Virus record (IMG/VR): IMGVR_UViG_3300028888_000052
Origin: a virus
Taxonomy: Duplodnaviria > Caudoviricetes
Direction: 5' to 3' (one strand)
DNA length: 64,000 bases
Below are positions 10,072 to 20,106 of this stretch, piece by piece; position 1 is the stretch's first letter; the number at the start of each line of letters is the position of its first letter. The notes beneath the pieces were generated by a model. The model saw nothing but the letters and a program-made list of their open reading frames with translations. It had not been told where the DNA came from and searched no databases. The translations under genes were made by a program, and so were the position numbers.

Positions 10072-10659
10072 ATGGATGAAAATTTAATACATAAATTCGG
10101 TTATGCCGAAATGTATGAATGGGCTAATCCAGAAATGCCTTATGTAGGTAGATTTGTACAATTTAATGGTACTGACAAAATTGAATTATGTAATGATCCA
10201 TATCAAGTTATAGGAGTTACTACAGTTAATAGAGTAGCTCTTTCTGATAACCCAGATGAATGGCCTCATAAATTTATGGGTAATGAGTTTGGAGATACAT
10301 ATGTTCAAAATAAACATGTTGCTAGGGCTGAAAAATTTAAAGATGAACAAGATAATTTTGAGTTTATAAGAACTTTTGAATCATTTGAAAGTAATCCATT
10401 ATTAAGCGAAAATTATAATCAATCTTTAAGTCCTTATGTATCAAGACTTTATAGACAAGAATGGCAACCAGTAACTATTTTAGGAAAATGTATTGTTGAA
10501 GATGATGGAACATTACAACCGGGTATGTATTGTACAGTATATGATGGAGAAGACCAATCCAAGTTTGGTATAGCTATTAAAGCACATAGAGATAGTCAAA
10601 TAAAATATTATGTCATCTCTCGTTATTCTGAAAAAACATGTTTAATCTTATTTAAATGA
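10072..10659 (+). CDS. Peptidase G2 / intramolecular chaperone (IMC)-like domain protein, stand-alone
   Basis: YAEMYEW..GRFV, IGVTT, W..K...NEFG, YVSRLYRQEWQPVTILGK..V.DDGTL.PG.YC. Confidence 0.7.
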   Translation: MDENLIHKFGYAEMYEWANPEMPYVGRFVQFNGTDKIELCNDPYQVIGVTTVNRVALSDNPDEWPHKFMGNEFGDTYVQNKHVARAEKFKDEQDNFEFIRTFESFESNPLLSENYNQSLSPYVSRLYRQEWQPVTILGKCIVEDDGTLQPGMYCTVYDGEDQSKFGIAIKAHRDSQIKYYVISRYSEKTCLILFK

Positions 10660-11615
10660 AACATAAGTTAAGTATAATTACAACATATTATAATGCTCAA
10701 GACTACATTATAGATAGTATTAGTAGCGTTAATAATCAACAATTTGACCCGGAATTTGTTGAAGTAGAATATGTGTTGGTAAATGACCATACACCAGATC
10801 ATACTGAAGATATAATTAGAGATTATCTTTATCATCAATCTAATCCAAATATCAATTTTAATATGGTAACTACTCCACAAAATTTAGGTTGTGGTGGTGC
10901 AAGAAAATTTGGTATTGATAATGCTTCAGGTGATTATTTGATGTTCTTAGATGCGGATGATTTTTATATTAATGATGATTTTATAAATAGAGCTATTCAT
11001 GATATTGTAGAAAATGATTGTGATTTAGTCGAATATGGATTATTGATGAATTATAAAAATCGTGGTCCTCGAGAAATGAAAGTTTCTGAAAAAATTGTAG
11101 CTGAAAATGACGGAGAAAATTTTGAAGTAATGCTTTTTAAAGAAAACAAGATTAAATTCTTTGTTTGGACTAAGATATTGAAAAAGTCATTATCACAAAC
11201 ATATCCTTATTCAACTAAAAGAACATATGAAGATGTAGAAACTATTCCAGTTTGGTTATCACATGCCAAGAAAATAGTTATTATGCCTTCTATGGAAATT
11301 AATTATAGAGCTACGGAAAATTCTATCATTCGTAATAATATTCTAACAACTAGATTAGATACTATTGGAACTATGATAGAACATTTTGAAAGATTTAAGG
11401 ATAATAGAAATATCTTAAAAGCCATTTATATTAGAGCTTCATTAGATCTTAAAGCTGTTTTATTAAATGGCCATACAAGTGAAGATCCTGGATTTAATCA
11501 AATGTCTAAATATAATACTTATATGTTAAGTTATATTTATCCTGAAAAATATAAAGACTATACATATAATATTGATGTAGAGGAACAAATCCAAAAACAA
11601 TTGATAGAGGAGTAA
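10656..11615 (+). CDS. Glycosyltransferase family 2
   Basis: LSIITTYYN, LVNDHTPD, NLGCGGARKFGI..ASGDYLMFLDADD, YED. Confidence 0.9.
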   Translation: MKHKLSIITTYYNAQDYIIDSISSVNNQQFDPEFVEVEYVLVNDHTPDHTEDIIRDYLYHQSNPNINFNMVTTPQNLGCGGARKFGIDNASGDYLMFLDADDFYINDDFINRAIHDIVENDCDLVEYGLLMNYKNRGPREMKVSEKIVAENDGENFEVMLFKENKIKFFVWTKILKKSLSQTYPYSTKRTYEDVETIPVWLSHAKKIVIMPSMEINYRATENSIIRNNILTTRLDTIGTMIEHFERFKDNRNILKAIYIRASLDLKAVLLNGHTSEDPGFNQMSKYNTYMLSYIYPEKYKDYTYNIDVEEQIQKQLIEE

Positions 11616-11634
11616 TTAAATTACTCCTTTATTT
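11608..11634 (+). terminator. Intrinsic terminator
   Basis: aggagtaat-taa-attactcct followed by T-rich tract. Confidence 0.7.
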
Positions 11635-11672
11635 GTCTATTTTAGAATATAAATATATGTTAATAAATATTA

Positions 11673-12446
11673 ATGAAGTGTTATAATGCATTTGGCATAA
11701 AGCCTACAAACTCATTTACATCAGCAGGTTCTGATTATTATATTCCAAATTTAACAACACCAACTCAAATACAAAGAGCTTATAAAGCATTTGAAAAATC
11801 TTATAACAAAACTGGTGAAGAAATTAATAGATTAATAAAGAAATTCGAAGCAGTTATTGATGATCAACATCATGCTAATTTACAACATCAAATTCCAAAC
11901 TTGATTCATTTGTATTTGGCATTATATGATCCAAATCTTGAGGAAATAAAGCAACAATCAACTATTCTTGCAATTCATGCATTCATAGATGAATTTGTTA
12001 TTTATGATGAAGAGCAAGATAAGGTTGGTCTTAAGATGTTACTTAATGATACTTTATTTATAAATTCAGGTATTAAAGTTGCATTAGATACAGTTTTATC
12101 AGATAAAAATGACCAAGATGTAGTATCTTTTTTAAGAAAACTTGGTATTGGAGTAGCTGGTTTATATGTTAATAAGTCAGGTAAAGGTAATGCAGGATGG
12201 GATGTTCGTGCATGTCTTGTAGACGAAGATTATGCAGGATTTGTACATCTTTCACAGGCATATACAAAAGAACTTATTGATGAAGGACAAAATATTGTTT
12301 ATTGTGGAGATAAGTTAACACAAATGATGCTTATTCCTGTTTTCCATGATGAATATGTTGATACCGATGAGGATAATTATAATAAAATAATGGCGAATTC
12401 AAAACGAGGAGATAAGGGTTTTGGAAGTCAGGATATTAAACATTAA
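11673..12446 (+). CDS. dut: Trimeric dUTPase with large insertion
   Basis: Motif 1 SAGSDY, motif 2 NKSG, motif 3 LVDEDYAG, motif 4 GDKLTQM, motif 5 RGDKGFGS. Confidence 0.8.
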   Translation: MKCYNAFGIKPTNSFTSAGSDYYIPNLTTPTQIQRAYKAFEKSYNKTGEEINRLIKKFEAVIDDQHHANLQHQIPNLIHLYLALYDPNLEEIKQQSTILAIHAFIDEFVIYDEEQDKVGLKMLLNDTLFINSGIKVALDTVLSDKNDQDVVSFLRKLGIGVAGLYVNKSGKGNAGWDVRACLVDEDYAGFVHLSQAYTKELIDEGQNIVYCGDKLTQMMLIPVFHDEYVDTDEDNYNKIMANSKRGDKGFGSQDIKH

Positions 12447-12448
12447 TT

Positions 12449-12778
12449 ATGGCCAAAAAGAAAATTTATATATCTTTACCAATTGCATTTCAAGAAGATA
12501 CCGTTTATAAACGTAATGAATGTGCAAAGACGTATTTAGAGATGAAATATCCAAAATATGATTATGTTTCTCCAATAGATGCTAATCATATTGATGATGA
12601 AGCTTTAGGTAATCATTTGGCTATTGAACGTACAGCATATTACATGGGTAAAGATATTGAACAAGTTATTTTATGTGACGCTATACTTATGTGTCCTGGA
12701 TGGGAAAATTCAAAGGGATGTAAAGTAGAAAAGTTTACAGCAGAAACTTATGGAAAAGAAGTTTTATATCTTAAATAA
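12449..12778 (+). CDS. DUF4406-like (nucleoside deoxyribosyltransferase fold) protein
   Basis: KIYISLPI, YMGKDI..VILCDAILMCPGWENSKGCKVE...A..YGK. Confidence 0.8.
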   Translation: MAKKKIYISLPIAFQEDTVYKRNECAKTYLEMKYPKYDYVSPIDANHIDDEALGNHLAIERTAYYMGKDIEQVILCDAILMCPGWENSKGCKVEKFTAETYGKEVLYLK

Positions 12779-12806
12779 AAAGGAAGTAGCTTAAGCTACT
12801 TCCTTT
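12779..12806. terminator. Bidirectional intrinsic terminator
   Basis: aaaggaagtagc-ttaa-gctacttccttt between convergent genes. Confidence 0.85.
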
Positions 12807-12808
12807 AT

Positions 12809-13210
12809 TTATTTTCCTACATAAATCATTTCATCAGTAGTTGAATTATCATGTAAAATCTTATCTGTTGCACTAAGTATAAAACCATATTCATCACTTG
12901 AATCAATAAGAACTTTAGCTTTCTTTATTTCATCTTCATAACTATTATACTTGTCATCATCAACAATAGCATAATTCTTGATAATTCTCTTGTTATAATC
13001 ACCATTAATAAGATCATGTTCACCAGCCCTAGTCATGATAATATCAACATCTGTATAATTATGGTCTTTCATCCATTTCTCTATAGCTTCAAAAAAACCA
13101 TCCATATCATTTTCTTGATAATAATTAGGGTCATTAAAATGTAACTTACAAATTTTCTTAAGACCAGTTAATTTTGAACCTTCGAATATAAAATTAGTAA
13201 TGTCTTTCAT
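12809..13210 (-). CDS. Putative internal head protein (tag MKDITNFIFE)
   Basis: Shared N-terminal tag. Confidence 0.6.
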   Translation of the reverse strand: MKDITNFIFEGSKLTGLKKICKLHFNDPNYYQENDMDGFFEAIEKWMKDHNYTDVDIIMTRAGEHDLINGDYNKRIIKNYAIVDDDKYNSYEDEIKKAKVLIDSSDEYGFILSATDKILHDNSTTDEMIYVGK

Positions 13211-13226
13211 TGTTTTTATTTATTAT

Positions 13227-14864
13227 TTATTTATCTATTTCGTTATCTGCTATAATATAATCATCCAATGAGATGCTTTCGAGAACTATATCACGTTTCT
13301 TAGCTTCATCTTCAATTTTTTTCATTTCAGCTTCATAACCAAGTTCTTTACAAACTTTATAGTTCATCTTAAGTTTTGCATCAGAACAATTAGAAAGATT
13401 TTGTTTACGAGTACCTTCATGCCATGCTTTCATTTTATCATAAGCAGCTGCATTAGCACCTTTACTCATTTTTGTATCTTTACCACGTTCTTTCTTTTCT
13501 TTTGGTTCTGGGTTTTCAAGTGGTTTTTCAATTGGTTCTGCATCAGGTTCCATGTCACCTTCAACATATGTTTGTACTAATGAAAGAGAATATGTAAACA
13601 GATTTTTCTTTTCATATCCTTCATAGTTGAAATCCATGTCTTTGACTAATTTTTCAAAATTTTTCTTTGCTTCTTCTTTAGCTTGTCCTTTTGTCTTTGA
13701 ATGATTTCCCCAATAACCAGCTGAATCATCATAGATTTTTTCCCAATGATTTTTTACATATTCACTTTGTTTTCTTGCATTTGCTTTATGCCAAGCTTCA
13801 GAAACTTTCTTAAATAATTCAATCATTTTTTCAGATGCTTTATCCTTATAAATTGAAATTGCATCATCAAGTTGCATATCAATATTACCATCAAGAACTT
13901 TTCTATCACCTGTATGTATGATAACAAATTGTTTTTTCTTTGTATCTATAGCTAATGCCCTATATCCATAATCTTTCTTTCCACGCATATACTGTTTATC
14001 ATAAACAAATGCGCCAGATAATCCAGAAAGTGATTTCAAATCTTTAGTCTTGAATACTTCTTGTAATTTATTAAAAAGAACTGGTTCAAGAACGCTCATT
14101 ATTAAAGATCTAAATTCCTTATATCCATTAGAAACAGCATCATTTAATTTCTGGTATTCAGGATTGTTCTTAGTTTCTTCATCCCAAGATTTTAAGTTAT
14201 TTTGCTTAAGCCATGCAGAACGTTTGTCTTCAAGTTCTTTAATTGATGCATTAGTAAGATTCCAATAGCGAACTGTAAATTTGCCATCAATTATATCCCA
14301 TGACAAATGATCAGGTACAGCAACATAACGGGCATCAAACTCATCTTTCTTATTTTGTATCTTTTCAGCCTTTTGGTCATCATAAGCTTTAGCATCCTTA
14401 TCTCCTTTTTCCGCTAATTCTTTGAACTTACCATCTTTGTCATCATATTTACTCCAATATTTAGCAATATAATCTTCAAGATAATAACCTGCTTTGATAT
14501 CAGCAATACAACCAGTATTACTTCCATTAGACATAATAGCTATCCAACCATGAACATGGAAGTCATCTTTACCATTAGCTTTCTTAATAGTTACATAATA
14601 ATCATGTGAGCCACCAGCAATAGCACCAGCATCACCAGCTCTGTCAGAAGTAATAACATCATATACATGACCTTGCTTGTCTTTTATATAGCCATTACCT
14701 GAACCATCAAAATATGAGAACTCATCATCATATCCAGGATCTTTAGTGTCAAACATATCACCACCCCTGAAATGAACAGTCTCTTTACGTTCAGTTCTTT
14801 TATACTTTTTAAGATCAGATGGCTTACCCGATGCTTCAAATATTTTTAATAAAATATCTTTCAT
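13227..14864 (-). CDS. Putative internal head protein, 545 aa (tag MKDILLKIFE)
   Basis: Shared N-terminal tag; Lys-rich; additional VLE-S site near C-terminus. Confidence 0.6.
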   Translation of the reverse strand: MKDILLKIFEASGKPSDLKKYKRTERKETVHFRGGDMFDTKDPGYDDEFSYFDGSGNGYIKDKQGHVYDVITSDRAGDAGAIAGGSHDYYVTIKKANGKDDFHVHGWIAIMSNGSNTGCIADIKAGYYLEDYIAKYWSKYDDKDGKFKELAEKGDKDAKAYDDQKAEKIQNKKDEFDARYVAVPDHLSWDIIDGKFTVRYWNLTNASIKELEDKRSAWLKQNNLKSWDEETKNNPEYQKLNDAVSNGYKEFRSLIMSVLEPVLFNKLQEVFKTKDLKSLSGLSGAFVYDKQYMRGKKDYGYRALAIDTKKKQFVIIHTGDRKVLDGNIDMQLDDAISIYKDKASEKMIELFKKVSEAWHKANARKQSEYVKNHWEKIYDDSAGYWGNHSKTKGQAKEEAKKNFEKLVKDMDFNYEGYEKKNLFTYSLSLVQTYVEGDMEPDAEPIEKPLENPEPKEKKERGKDTKMSKGANAAAYDKMKAWHEGTRKQNLSNCSDAKLKMNYKVCKELGYEAEMKKIEDEAKKRDIVLESISLDDYIIADNEIDK

Positions 14865-14941
14865 AAATTTATAAATTATATATTATCATTTAATAAAAAT
14901 AATTAATTATGATAATTATATATAGAAATTTAATATTAAAA

Positions 14942-15013
14942 TTTATATATTATTTGAATTTTTTATTTTCTTTACTATATTATATTTGTAATTAAAATCA
15001 TAAATATATGAAA
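14942..15013 (+). repeat. 72-bp direct repeat copy 1 (early promoter + translation start)
   Basis: Identical to 15418-15489 except one base. Confidence 0.9.
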
Positions 15014-15417
15014 CATCATTCACCAGCTAGTTATGTTAATAATCATTTTGACCATTATATTAAATGGGCAATATTGAAAATAGCACAGGATAAGAATTTA
15101 ATTAATAATCCAATAAATGTTGATGATTATGTTAAATTTAATAAAGCTTCATTAGAGGACATACAGAAAATGTTTCCTGATATTTACAATGATATTGTTG
15201 AAAATGATAAACCAGTATTTACATTGAAACAAATGATTCGTACTTTTGAGGAAGGTTTTCAGTTAAGTGGATATATGTGTAGAACAAATCAAATGAATCG
15301 ATATGTATTCATGGATGAAGAAGACTATAAAGATTCAAAATACGAAAAAGATTGGGAAAATAAATATAATGACTGTGTAGACAAAGATACAGTAAACAAA
15401 TATAATTGGTTGTAATT

Positions 15418-15489
15418 TTTATATATTATTTGAATTTTTTATTTTCTTTACTATATTATATTTGTAATTAAAATAATAAATATATGAAA
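15418..15489 (+). repeat. 72-bp direct repeat copy 2 (early promoter + translation start)
   Basis: Identical to 14942-15013 except one base. Confidence 0.9.
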
Positions 15490-16375
15490 AGACCATTCAA
15501 TACTTACACAAACCGAAAAGGACAAACACTTCCAAAATCAGCTACTATTCAAACTAGTCCTGAAATTTTGACATGGCTCAAGGAGAATTTTCATTTTGCT
15601 TGGGCTAATGCAGGAAAGCTTATTGATGAGACTAAACCATATATTCTAATAGGTATAAGTGCTTCACATCAAGGATATGTATATATTTACATTTCCACTT
15701 GTGATGAACACGAAATTTCTATGTATGACCCAAATATGGTGAAAGACTTTACCGATGAGGAAGCATTCAAGAAGTATCTCAATTGGGCCCGTAAATTTCC
15801 AAAGAATCTTGTATATAAAGAATATCAAAAGTAAATAATATGAAAGGAAAAATAATAAGTACAGGAAAAATCATTAATGTAGTTAAGAATGAGGATCCTG
15901 ACGCACATTATTGGGTGAATTCAAAGACTGGTGAAAAATATTATAAAGCTGAGATTGAAATCATAAATAATAAGGAGCATTATAGGATTGTAGAAACAGG
16001 AGAAGGATTTAAAATTCAGAAAAGATTCCTTTGGGTATTTTGGTTGGATTGTGCTGAACCATCAATAGAATTTGACCATGACCTTTGTTATCTTTCTGAT
16101 GATTATTTTACATATTATAATACCTTTGAAGAAGCTATGATGGCTGTTGAAAGGTTAAAGAATATATTTGTTCATTATAAAGGTCATGAACTGATGTATG
16201 CTCTTTATAATAATATTATTTATTGGATTGATACAGATTCTTATAGAAATGGTTTTGATATAACATATTATGATAAATTCTCTACAAACATTGAAGATGT
16301 AAAAAAAGAAATTGATAATATGTATCAAGGAATAGAGGATGAAAAAGTCAAAAAGAAGATTAAAAATATATACTA

Positions 16376-16416
16376 TATTTGAATTTTTTATATTTGTTTC
16401 TATATTATATTTGTAA
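16376..16416 (+). promoter_or_regulatory. Repeated early promoter
   Basis: tatttgaa-N~16-ctatattatatttgtaa. Confidence 0.8.
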
Positions 16417-19400
16417 AACAAATAATAGATATGGAAAATAAGAAAATGACACTTGATGAAGAGATGAAGCTTTGGGAAGAACGGGCAAATGATGAGTTTG
16501 GTCAGATTCTTACTAAGATCAAGAAAGCTACTAAAGATTATCTATATTCATGGAATGAGATGGGAATCGAATATAATGAACTTTCTGAGCCTATCACTGC
16601 TTATGCTCTTGACGGAAATCGTTTTTATACAGCAACCCGAGTCAAAAACATTCTTTCAGAAATCGATCTCCTTGGCAATCATCGTAATATCAAAAAGTTA
16701 GTTGATGAACTTTTCAAACTTTGCTAATATAATCAAATAAAATATAAATTATGACTGGCAAAAATCTTATTACAAAGGCAACTGGTAACAAATTCTGGGC
16801 AGTAGATATGAAGATGAAAAATTCTCGTGGTAAGAAGACTGCATGGACTAAGGCTGAAGCAAAAAATGCTTCTCGTAAGATTCGTCATAATAATTCTTAT
16901 CTTAAGGAAGTTGCCTAATATGAAAAAGATTCGTAAGCAAATACTTCGAGATGCTTGTTGGTATTTTGTTGAGAAAGTTGACAAGAAGCCAGAGTTTTTC
17001 AATGATATTACAAATACACTTAATAATGCTGTTGAAATTGACGGAATTATTGAAGTAGACGAAAAGCTTATTAAAGATATTTGTGATTATTGCGAAAAGC
17101 AAGCAATTTGGGACAAGCTTAATAGATATGGAGATTTTTATTATAAACTCACAAGATATTTTTGGGTATGAAATTTGTTTTTACAGAAACTAAAGAAATA
17201 GAATTTGATATTGACTTTCAAAAAGTTTATGATTATGTAAAGAAAGACCTTGAAAGTGACCCAGATTATCACCCAACCCAATGGGATATTCATGTTAATT
17301 TTGGTGATAATATGGATTATTATCTTAAGAAAATTTATGATTATGTTATAGAAGATAATGAATCTAATATGCTTACCATGGATTATATTTTCAAGGAGTG
17401 GGGAAATTGGATTCAAACAAATAAAATAGATAAATAATGAGTCTACTTTGGAAGAAATATAGAATAACATTTGAATTGCCAACTAAAGACAATAAATGGT
17501 TTAGATATGCAACAGTTGAGTTTGAACAAAAACGAAATTGGTATTGGTTTGTATCTGAAAATATGGCACTTCATCGATGTGTATTAAATTGTATTAGAGA
17601 ATTTTTTAAAATTTGTGTTAACCTTAATTGGATTTACGAAGGCGAAGATCCCAATAGATTAATTGATGAAAAGAAGTTAGAATTGGTTAATAAGCATATT
17701 CGTACTAATTGGATTATGGATTGGCAACCAACAATCCCAGGAAAAATTAGAAATATTGAATTAACATATTTGATAAGATAATTATGAATGATGTAGCAAA
17801 ATATAAACTTGAGCTTATTTCAAAAGATAATGAATATACAAGATGCCGCATAGGTGGTCTTGATATGGTTTATCATAAATGTAGTTATAATAATGAACTA
17901 CAATCATTTGGTGGTATATGTGGATTAATTCGTTGTAAAGAATATCCTGGCTATTGTTTCTTATGTATGACTTACCATAAACATAAAAGCGGAGAATTTG
18001 ATATGCCTAATTATATTATTGATTTTTCTCCACTTTATAATAGTGAAGGTCAAATGATTCTTATTGAATATTCACATGATGATATATGTACTTCAATTGA
18101 TAGAGGTTATAAAGACTATATGACAAATAAGTGGGTTGATTGTCAACTTACATTTTGGAATAATGGATGTTTTGATGAATGGATAAATAAATAATATGGC
18201 AGCAATAGATAAAACTTATACAGATAAAAATGGACTTATTGAGGTAATTGATTGGTGCCTCAAAGTAGGAAAATGCAAACTTGAGAATGGATATACATTT
18301 CGTCCATTAAATTTCATTTATGGGTATAATGAGCTTGATGATAATTATCGTCCTGTTCATGAGCAAGATACATATGTAGTTTGGAACACACCGGTTTGGT
18401 TTGATCGTTGGCTTTGGCTAAATTGCCCGGTTCAACTAATCAAAGATAGAATTTTAGATCAATATGGTGAAGATGGTGTAAAAGAGTTTGAGGACTTTGT
18501 TTATGCTGATCCAAATAATGACATTAGGCTTGGTAGGCAACATTATACTTTCTTGAAAGAGCCAAAATGGAAGGCATGGAAATGGTTTGCTAATAATGCT
18601 CGTAGAGATTGGAGGTGGCCAGGAAATTGCAAGCAAGCTACTCTTGAAATGTCAGTTACTCTTCCTGGTGATAAGAAAGATTGGTTTAAAAATGAATTAA
18701 AATATTGTTCTGTAGTAGATAGATGGTACCCAGATTTTGGTTACATGCCAGTTGATCATAACCAGGGATATGTATGGCAAATCTATCATAAAAATATTCC
18801 TTCAAAAAAGACTATTATAAGAGAGTTGCGTAAATGGTATTTTCCAACTGGAACTATTGTTAAGATTAAAGGAATTAGATTAAAAATTGATTGGGAGATT
18901 TTGGTAAAATGAATATAGCTTGTCAAATAAAATTTTTAGATACTTCAACAGCTTCTTTTAGAATTGTTGATCAGTATGATTATACTGGTGATGTAGGAAA
19001 ATTTCCTATACCGAGAAAAGATGAACATGTAAATCTTTTAGATAAAAATAAACGTGCATGTATTGATTATGTTGTACAAGATATTAAATATACTTATAAG
19101 CATGATGTAGGTTTATTTTCTAATAATGTCATTGTAGACATATCAATTCATGTAAGACGCGTATACTAATGATATTTGAAGGTAAAGATAAACAACAAGT
19201 AGATGTACTTAGAAAATATATTGAATCATTAGGAGGTTCGTTAATAAGGGAATGTACAGGTGGTTCAATATATTATTCTTTAGGGCATATTGAATGTCTT
19301 AGAATTTCTGACCATATTGGGTTAAAATTTGATGCATTTAAGATTGATATAATATTAAAAGATAATAAATTTGTTTGTATCTATAATAGAGATTTTCTTA

Positions 19401-20106
19401 CATTTGATAAGATAGCTGAAGTTAAGCAATGGATTTATGATATGAAATTTGCATTGAATTTATTTTATATGCATATTGAAAATTCATATGATAATGAAAT
19501 GTCTAATCTTAGAAAAGCATTAAATAGAAAGCAAAATGATATTGAGCATCTTGAAAAAATCAATAAAGATTTGACAAGGCAATTAAAAGAATCTTCAGAT
19601 CAAATCGCTAAACGTGATAGACAACTTGAAGATAAGACTAATAAACTAATTAGAGCTTCAGAATATCATAATAAGTGTCAAGAATTAGAATCACAATTAA
19701 AGAAACAACAAGAACAATTAAAAGAATTATATATTTGGAAAAGTCATTTTAATGATGGATGGGTTTAATTTACAAGATAGGATATTTAGAGGATATTTAT
19801 TAGATGAATGGGGAACTAATAAAATTGATGGTGCATACCAATTAGGATGTCACCCTTGTGATTTATGTGAATTAACAGAAGAATGTGATAGACTTGCAGA
19901 TGATTTAAATAATATTGAATATTGTATGTGTCTATCTAAAGGTATTATAAAAGATACAGAATTTAAGAAAAATCATCCTAATGCATTCTTTAAGTATTAT
20001 AAAAAATAAATTTATGAAATTTTTATAACAAAAATAACTATTTTTTAAAGGTGATGGAATAATCCATTACTCTAAATATATTTTTAACATTTAAATTTAA
20101 CAAAAA

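Larger units (their letters stand above)
15008..20009 (+). other. Block of about 13 small hypothetical early ORFs, including an unlisted 55-aa basic ORF at 16751-16918; the next ORF likely starts at 16920
   Basis: Tightly packed co-directional ORFs downstream of repeated promoters; no recognisable domains. Confidence 0.75.

Noticed and set aside
3824-11655. T4 late promoter TATAAATA at 3824, 4598, 7843, 11648
   Set aside because: Expected by chance in such AT-rich DNA; distances to start codons are inconsistent and one copy overlaps the ATG
14942-16416. Repeats as a CRISPR array
   Set aside because: Units are separated by whole genes and include promoter and start codon; no 30-40-bp spacers
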